Virus record (IMG/VR): IMGVR_UViG_3300043399_001190
Length of the DNA stretch: 64,000 bases
Reading direction: 5' to 3' (one strand)
From: a virus
Taxonomy: Duplodnaviria; Heunggongvirae; Uroviricota; Caudoviricetes
The notes below the pieces were generated by a model. The model was not told where the DNA came from and did not search any database. It was given only the letters and a program-made list of their open reading frames with translations. The position numbers were made by a program, and so were the translations under genes. Shown in pieces: positions 59,556 to 64,000 of the stretch; the stretch's first letter is position 1; every line of letters begins with the position of its first letter.

Positions 59556-59561
59556 AAATAT

Positions 59562-59638
59562 CCGTCCTTAGCTCAATGGATCAGAGCATTTGGCTACGAA
59601 CCAAAAGGTTGGGGATTCGAATTCCTCAGGGCGGTCCA
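59562..59638 (+). tRNA. tRNA-Arg(ACG)
   Basis: Loop CTACGAA; CCA. Confidence 0.92.
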
Positions 59639-59643
59639 TATAT

Positions 59644-59717
59644 ACCCGGTTAGCTCAAAAGTAGAGCATACGACTGATAATCGTAAGACAGAGGAGCGTT
59701 ACCTCTACTGGGTACCA
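59644..59717 (+). tRNA. tRNA-Ile(GAT), atypical T-loop AGCGTTA
   Basis: Loop CTGATAA; CCA. Confidence 0.87.
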
Positions 59718-59722
59718 ATTTT

Positions 59723-59815
59723 AGAATCGTTTCAGCAAACCAATACTTGTCTTTGGATGACAATTTGCCTTCTAAGCAAACTAAGTAGGTTCGATTCCTA
59801 TAGTAAGCGATTCTG
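59723..59815 (+). ncRNA. Family A RNA, copy 2 (two anticodon stem-loops plus a T-arm)
   Basis: AGAATCG/CGATTCT; TTTCAGCAA; TTGTC-TTTGGAT-GACAA; TTTGC-CTTCTAA-GCAAA; GTAGG-TTCGATT-CCTAT. Confidence 0.68.
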
Positions 59816-59824
59816 TTGTACGTT

Positions 59825-59900
59825 ATCTCGGTAGCTCAACTGGCAGAGCAGCGGTCTCCAAAACCGAAGGTTGAGGGTTCGATTCCTTCCCGGGGTGCCA
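59825..59900 (+). tRNA. tRNA-Trp(CCA)
   Basis: Loop CTCCAAA; CCA. Confidence 0.9.
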
Positions 59901-59922
59901 ATTTTTTAAAAGGAGAAATAAC

Positions 59923-60129
59923 ATGAGTGATGGAGGAAAAGGTTCAAAGCCACGCCCATTCAGTGTTTCGAATGAAGAATATGCAAAACGTTGGGATGCT
60001 ATTTTCGGAAAAGATTTAGAAAAGGATCTTCGTGAAAAAGCATTGCAACAAATGGTCGATGAGAATCAGAGGCTAGGGCTTTATGATGATCTAGACCAAC
60101 AACTGAAGAGTAGTGGTAACTATAAATAA
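59923..60129 (+). CDS. Small hypothetical protein
   Basis: SD aaggag; GGKGS.PRP......Y...WD.IF motif typical of phage tRNA regions. Confidence 0.7.
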   Translation: MSDGGKGSKPRPFSVSNEEYAKRWDAIFGKDLEKDLREKALQQMVDENQRLGLYDDLDQQLKSSGNYK

Positions 60130-60145
60130 CAGAAAGTGAGTTAAT

Positions 60146-60616
60146 ATGTTCAACAAAAAAATTAACTTGGAAGAAGTTAAAGCCTATGTAGAAAGTTGCG
60201 GTCCAGAAACCAAAATTTATCTGGGCTGCGATTCAGAAAAAGTTAAAGTGAACGGCGTATGGTATGCTGACTATATCATTGCTATTGTTGTTCATATTGA
60301 CGGTAAGCATGGTTGTAAAATTTTTGGTGAAATTCAGCGTGAGCGAGATTTCGACCAACAGAAAAATAAACCTCGGATGCGGTTAATGACCGAGGTTTAT
60401 AAAGTTGCTGAAATGTATGTTGCACTTGCTGCAACTATACCGAACGATATTGAAGTACATCTTGACATTAACCCAGATATGATGCATAATTCAAGTATCG
60501 TTGTGAATGAAGCAATCGGTTATATCAAAGGTATGTGCAATGTTGTACCAATGGTAAAACCAAAAGCTTTTGCAGCCTCTTATGCGGCTGATAGATTGAA
60601 AAGTCTTGCAGCTTAA
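60146..60616 (+). CDS. RNase H-like YkuK (DUF458) family protein
   Basis: IYLGCDS, V.H..G..G, RL..E, EVHLDIN, KP.A.AAS..AD. Confidence 0.8.
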   Translation: MFNKKINLEEVKAYVESCGPETKIYLGCDSEKVKVNGVWYADYIIAIVVHIDGKHGCKIFGEIQRERDFDQQKNKPRMRLMTEVYKVAEMYVALAATIPNDIEVHLDINPDMMHNSSIVVNEAIGYIKGMCNVVPMVKPKAFAASYAADRLKSLAA

Positions 60617-60625
60617 ACAGACCCC

Positions 60626-60826
60626 GGTTTACACTTTTACGTTATATAAAGTGGGTTATTGCTAAACCATACTGGCACGGTGAGACTATTCATAACCGCA
60701 AGTCCGGCGATATCGGAGCCTTGAGATACATAGTCGGGTAGAAGTGTAACTAACCTATACGTAAATAACAACGGACAGGGTAAAGACTCCTGATTGGGGC
60801 GAAAATGGGAACGTGGCCAATCACTT
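60626..60826 (+). ncRNA. Structured non-coding segment (about 200 nt)
   Basis: TTACACTTTTAC/GTAGAAGTGTAA 12-bp helix and several GC-rich hairpins; no ORF in the track. Confidence 0.45.
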
Positions 60827-60827
60827 T

Positions 60828-60900
60828 GCGGGTATTCTCCTGGGAGAGGACTTAGCCTTCCAAGCTAAAGAAGCCGGTTCGAATCCGACTACCCGCTCCA
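60828..60900 (+). tRNA. tRNA-Gly(TCC)
   Basis: Loop CTTCCAA; U73; CCA. Confidence 0.9.
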
Positions 60901-60993
60901 TATAAAAACACATTACACGCCATGTAACTAGCGGTGGTAGCCTAGTGAAGGGTGCTTCTCCTACCGAGAAGTTTATAGTGTGTTTCTATATGG
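60898..60993 (+). ncRNA. Family B long-stem RNA, copy 2 (possible kissing loops)
   Basis: 18-bp helix starting at the Gly CCA; inner hairpins ACTAG/CTAGT and CTTCTC/GAGAAG with complementary loops GGTAG and CTACC. Confidence 0.55.
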
Positions 60994-60999
60994 TTTAAT

Positions 61000-61073
61000 G
61001 CGGGTATGATGTAAAGGTAGCCTGTGACCTTGCCAAGGTTAGTGTGAGAGTTCGATTCTCTCTACCCGCTCCA
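61000..61073 (+). tRNA. tRNA-Gly(GCC)
   Basis: Loop TTGCCAA; CCA. Confidence 0.92.
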
Positions 61074-61081
61074 AATTTTAT

Positions 61082-61157
61082 GGAGTTATTAGTGTAGTGG
61101 TCTGCACACCATGTTGTGACCGTGGTAGTATGAGTTCAATCCTCATATAACTCCCCA
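61082..61157 (+). tRNA. tRNA-His(GTG)
   Basis: G-1:C73; loop TTGTGAC; CCA. Confidence 0.92.
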
Positions 61158-61172
61158 ACGCAGAAAGAAAAT

Positions 61173-61412
61173 ATGAAATTTGTTCCTTTGAATAACAATG
61201 TTATTGTGAAACGTAAAGATCCTATTAAAACAACGTCCTCTGGTATTGTTCTACAGACTTCTCTAGAACCTGACCGTGGCATCGTTGTTGCAACTTCCAC
61301 AAACGATGTGGAAATTGGAAATGAATTGTTACTAAATTGGAACAAAGCATATAAGATTGACAATGAACACTACAAGATTCATGTCAGTGAAATCATTGCC
61401 ATCTTCGAATAA
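61173..61412 (+). CDS. GroES-like co-chaperonin
   Basis: PL.N.V.VK......TT.SGI.L......G.VVA...I.A pattern. Confidence 0.8.
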   Translation: MKFVPLNNNVIVKRKDPIKTTSSGIVLQTSLEPDRGIVVATSTNDVEIGNELLLNWNKAYKIDNEHYKIHVSEIIAIFE

Positions 61413-61418
61413 TTTTTT

Positions 61419-61494
61419 GCCTCGTTAACTCAGCGGTATGAGTAGCTCCCTTACAAGGAGAAGGTCGGCGGTTCGATCCCGTCACGAGGTACCA
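61419..61494 (+). tRNA. tRNA-Val(TAC)
   Basis: Loop CTTACAA; CCA. Confidence 0.92.
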
Positions 61495-61498
61495 ATTT

Positions 61499-61572
61499 GC
61501 TCTCATAGGTAAATGGCATACCGCATCCTTGGTAAGGATGTATTCCAAGTTCGATTCTTGGTGGGAGCACCA
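61499..61572 (+). tRNA. tRNA-Thr(GGT)
   Basis: Loop TTGGTAA; CCA. Confidence 0.92.
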
Positions 61573-61579
61573 AATTAAT

Positions 61580-61655
61580 GCAACTCTAGCTGATGTGGTC
61601 ATAGCGGCGGTCTGAAGAACCGTTGAAAGAGGTTCGATTCCTCTGGGTTGCACCA
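61580..61655 (+). tRNA. tRNA-Phe(GAA)
   Basis: Loop CTGAAGA; CCA. Confidence 0.92.
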
Positions 61656-61661
61656 AAAAGC

Positions 61662-61689
61662 TTGACAAAAAACAGGAATACGCTATAAT
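61662..61689 (+). promoter_or_regulatory. sigma70 promoter
   Basis: TTGACA-16-TATAAT directly before tRNA-Leu(TAA). Confidence 0.8.
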
Positions 61690-61699
61690 ACATGTATTC

Positions 61700-61782
61700 G
61701 CGGCTGTGGTGGAACGGTAGACACAGGAGACTTAAAATCTCCCGCCTTGAGCGTGTGGGTTCGAATCCCACCAGCCGCACCA
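61700..61782 (+). tRNA. tRNA-Leu(TAA)
   Basis: Loop CTTAAAA; variable arm; CCA. Confidence 0.93.
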
Positions 61783-61788
61783 AATATT

Positions 61789-61865
61789 GCCCTTGTAACC
61801 CAATAGGTAGAGGTGGCAGACTCAAAATCTGTTTAGTGTCGGTTCGAATCTGACCAAGGGTACCA
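61789..61865 (+). tRNA. tRNA-Leu(CAA), short variable loop
   Basis: Loop CTCAAAA; CCA. Confidence 0.88.
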
Positions 61866-61933
61866 TTAAATTTACGCAGTAGTGGCTATGCGTGTAACAA
61901 AACGAAACCTCAGGTACATGAGAGTTGTGCCCA

Positions 61934-62023
61934 GGAAGATGCAGTAAGATGGGTCTTACGCCCGCCTGGAAAGCGGGAGGTTGGTGTTAGCTGGCCGGGG
62001 TTCGATTCCTCCTTCTTCCACCA
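61934..62023 (+). tRNA. tRNA-Ser(GGA)
   Basis: Loop CTGGAAA; long variable arm; CCA. Confidence 0.85.
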
Positions 62024-62048
62024 ATGTGATAAAAATACAACAAGATGG

Positions 62049-62077
62049 TTGACAAATTACACTTAACTTGTTAGAAT
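62049..62077 (+). promoter_or_regulatory. sigma70 promoter for family A copies 3-4 and the Ro60-like operon
   Basis: TTGACA-17-TAGAAT with an extended TG. Confidence 0.8.
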
Positions 62078-62104
62078 CTCTATATTGAGATTGAGAAAGT
62101 TTTT

Positions 62105-62267
62105 AGGCAAGGTGCAGCAATAATCCAAACATGAAACAGTTGGTGTACTATGGTAGTTGTCTGGAGTACGGAGTCTTGACCGAGTACATTGAAGGACGCT
62201 ACTGAAGTAGTCCCAGCAAGGAGAGTTTCGATTTCTCTCTGTAATCAAAAAGTAGAAAACTTGCCTG
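62105..62267 (+). ncRNA. Family A RNA, copy 3 (tRNA-like insert with T-loop hairpin)
   Basis: AGGCAAG/CTTGCCT; GTGCAGCAA; GTACT/AGTAC arm; CTAC-TGAA-GTAG; TTCGATT-loop hairpin. Confidence 0.62.
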
Positions 62268-62275
62268 TTGTTTTT

Positions 62276-62336
62276 AGGTTAGGTTCAGCAACCCAATAGC
62301 ATACAACTTGTAATTGTAAACGCAAAAACTAACCTG
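62276..62336 (+). ncRNA. Family A RNA, copy 4 (displays a Thr UGU anticodon stem-loop)
   Basis: AGGTTAG/CTAACCT; GTTCAGCAA; TACAA-CTTGTAA-TTGTA. Confidence 0.68.
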
Positions 62337-62356
62337 TTATTTGAAAGGAGAATGTT

Positions 62357-63778
62357 ATGAACACTTTTGTAGATGCAGTTATTAATCAAGAAGCCCGTAC
62401 TGCCAATGGCATGAAGGCTCGCAAATCGACCGCAAATGCGGTCGTAGACTTGTTCTACAATGCAGGTGCAAGCCGTGGTAAAAATATTGTACCAGCTTTT
62501 GCTGCTGCTATGGCTGAAAACCGTGAATTGGCTCTCCGTGTGGCTGCATGGCTTCGTGATGCACGAGGCGGTGCTGGTGAGCGTCAATTGTTTCGTGACA
62601 TTCTCCTTCATCTGGAAAAAACCGACACTGAAGCCGCTACGGCTCTGTTGGCCAAAGTTCCAGAACTTGGTCGTTGGGATGATCTTCTGGTCTTTAAAAC
62701 TAAAGATATGAAGACCGTTGCATACTCCATGTTGGGTGATGCACTGCGAGCCAAAAATGGTTTGGCTGCAAAATGGACTCCTCGCCAAGGACCTATTGCG
62801 GCAGAAATTCGTGAATTCTTCGGAATGTCACCTAAATTCTACCGTAAATCTTTGGTCGAAATGACCAAAGTGGTTGAAACACAAATGTGTGCCAAAGATT
62901 GGGACAACATTAATTTCAGTCATGTACCTTCTGTGGCAACTGCCCGTTACAAAAAGGCCTTTAACCGTAATACTCCAAAGTATGCGGAATATGTGCAAGC
63001 ACTTGTAAAAGGTGACAATCCAGAAGTGAAAGTAAACGCATCTGTGGCATATCCATATGATGTGTTGAAAGGTCGCATTAACAACTACGGTGTAAAATTT
63101 GACAAGACCGAATTGGACTTGATTCAAAAGCAATGGGAAGCCTTGCCAAACTATGTTGGTGATGCTAACATTCTACCTCTAGTTGACGTTTCTGGTTCTA
63201 TGACCTGTCCCGCAGGTAAGAACACCAAGCTATCTTGCTTGGAAGTTGCGGTGTCTCTTGGTTTGTATCTTGCAGACAAGAACAAAGGAAAATTCAAGGA
63301 TACTTTCTTGACTTTCTCTAGCAAGCCAGAACTGTTGCACCTGGTTGGCAACATTAACCAAAAGATTGACCAAATGGTTAAATCTAAATGGGAAATGGGT
63401 ACCAATCTAAATGCAGCATTCAAGAAAATTCTTGATACTGCGGTGAAAGGTAATGTGCCTCAAGAAGAAATGCCAGCAATGGTATTGATTCTGTCTGATA
63501 TGCAATTCAACGCTTGTGTTGTGCATGATGACAGTGCAATCCAAATGATTGCACGTAAGTACCAAGAAGCAGGATACAAAATGCCAAAAGTAGTATTCTG
63601 GAACTTGAATGCTGCATATGGTAACGCACCTGTGAAGTTTGACAAGTCTGGTACTGCTCTGGTTTCTGGGTTCTCTCCAGCAGTAGTGAAGCCATTGCTG
63701 AGTGGAGACCTAGATAGCTTCACACCAGAGTCCGTGATGTTGAAGACCATCATGGATGACCGTTATAAAGTGCTTTAA
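62357..63778 (+). CDS. DUF2828-type TROVE/Ro60-like protein with C-terminal vWA domain
   Basis: RD.RGG.GER, G.W.DL, AAKW.PR, HVPS.A; MIDAS DVSGSM; ILSDMQF; VFWNL; VSGFS. Confidence 0.75.
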   Translation: MNTFVDAVINQEARTANGMKARKSTANAVVDLFYNAGASRGKNIVPAFAAAMAENRELALRVAAWLRDARGGAGERQLFRDILLHLEKTDTEAATALLAKVPELGRWDDLLVFKTKDMKTVAYSMLGDALRAKNGLAAKWTPRQGPIAAEIREFFGMSPKFYRKSLVEMTKVVETQMCAKDWDNINFSHVPSVATARYKKAFNRNTPKYAEYVQALVKGDNPEVKVNASVAYPYDVLKGRINNYGVKFDKTELDLIQKQWEALPNYVGDANILPLVDVSGSMTCPAGKNTKLSCLEVAVSLGLYLADKNKGKFKDTFLTFSSKPELLHLVGNINQKIDQMVKSKWEMGTNLNAAFKKILDTAVKGNVPQEEMPAMVLILSDMQFNACVVHDDSAIQMIARKYQEAGYKMPKVVFWNLNAAYGNAPVKFDKSGTALVSGFSPAVVKPLLSGDLDSFTPESVMLKTIMDDRYKVL

Positions 63779-63800
63779 CGGTTATGGAGACTCAATGGGT

Positions 63801-63889
63801 CTCCATTTTGAAACATATGGCACGACTAGAAGTGGATCCATCGTGGCTAGGCAGCCTTACTATGCATACCGTGTGTTTCAAAATGGAGA
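63801..63889 (+). ncRNA. Family B long-stem element, copy 3, covering the SD of the next gene
   Basis: CTCCATTTTGAAACATATGG pairs with CCGTGTGTTTCAAAATGGAG. Confidence 0.55.
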
Positions 63890-63895
63890 TATAAA

Positions 63896-64000
63896 ATGAA
63901 AATTACTGAAGATCAGTTTCGATTTGAGTGGTTTTCCGGTACAGGAAAAGGTGGGCAACATCGGAACAAACATCAAAATTGTTGTCGTTGTATACATGAA
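63896..64000 (+). CDS. GGQ peptide-release-factor homologue (ArfB/PrfH-like), truncated by the window end
   Basis: MKITEDQFRFEWFSGTGKGGQHRNKHQNCCRCIHE: G.GGQ..NK motif with no class I RF N-terminal domains. Confidence 0.8.
   Translation, partial: MKITEDQFRFEWFSGTGKGGQHRNKHQNCCRCIHE

Overview
A 64-kb, almost entirely + strand segment of an AT-rich T4-like myovirus genome, probably uncultured and aquatic. In order: (1) about 17.7 kb of tail-fibre/adhesin genes (collagen GPT repeats, LamG repeats, Cys-rich NNFFG repeats, S74 chaperone ends); (2) a glycosyltransferase, methyltransferase, sulfotransferase and APS-kinase cluster; (3) the T4 morphogenesis core gp13-gp23 and gp3; (4) recombination, late transcription and replication genes (uvsY, uvsW, gp55, gp47, gp46, gp1, gp45, gp44, gp62, regA) with accessory genes (def, DruA-like, hsp20, rubrerythrin/rubredoxin, dCMP deaminase); (5) 29 CCA-encoding tRNAs covering all 20 amino acids, interleaved with structured ncRNAs and followed by a Ro60/TROVE-like vWA gene and a GGQ release-factor homologue. 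The most unusual content is in the tRNA region. There is a leader peptide that samples 30 different codons, coupled to mutually exclusive antiterminator/terminator helices (candidate general tRNA-depletion attenuator). There are rRNA-operon-like boxB/boxA elements, and a four-member RNA family with a conserved closing scaffold, three members of which display bare anticodon stem-loops, with two members next to the Ro60-like gene. Structures were folded by eye and family assignments are from motif recognition; no database searches were run.
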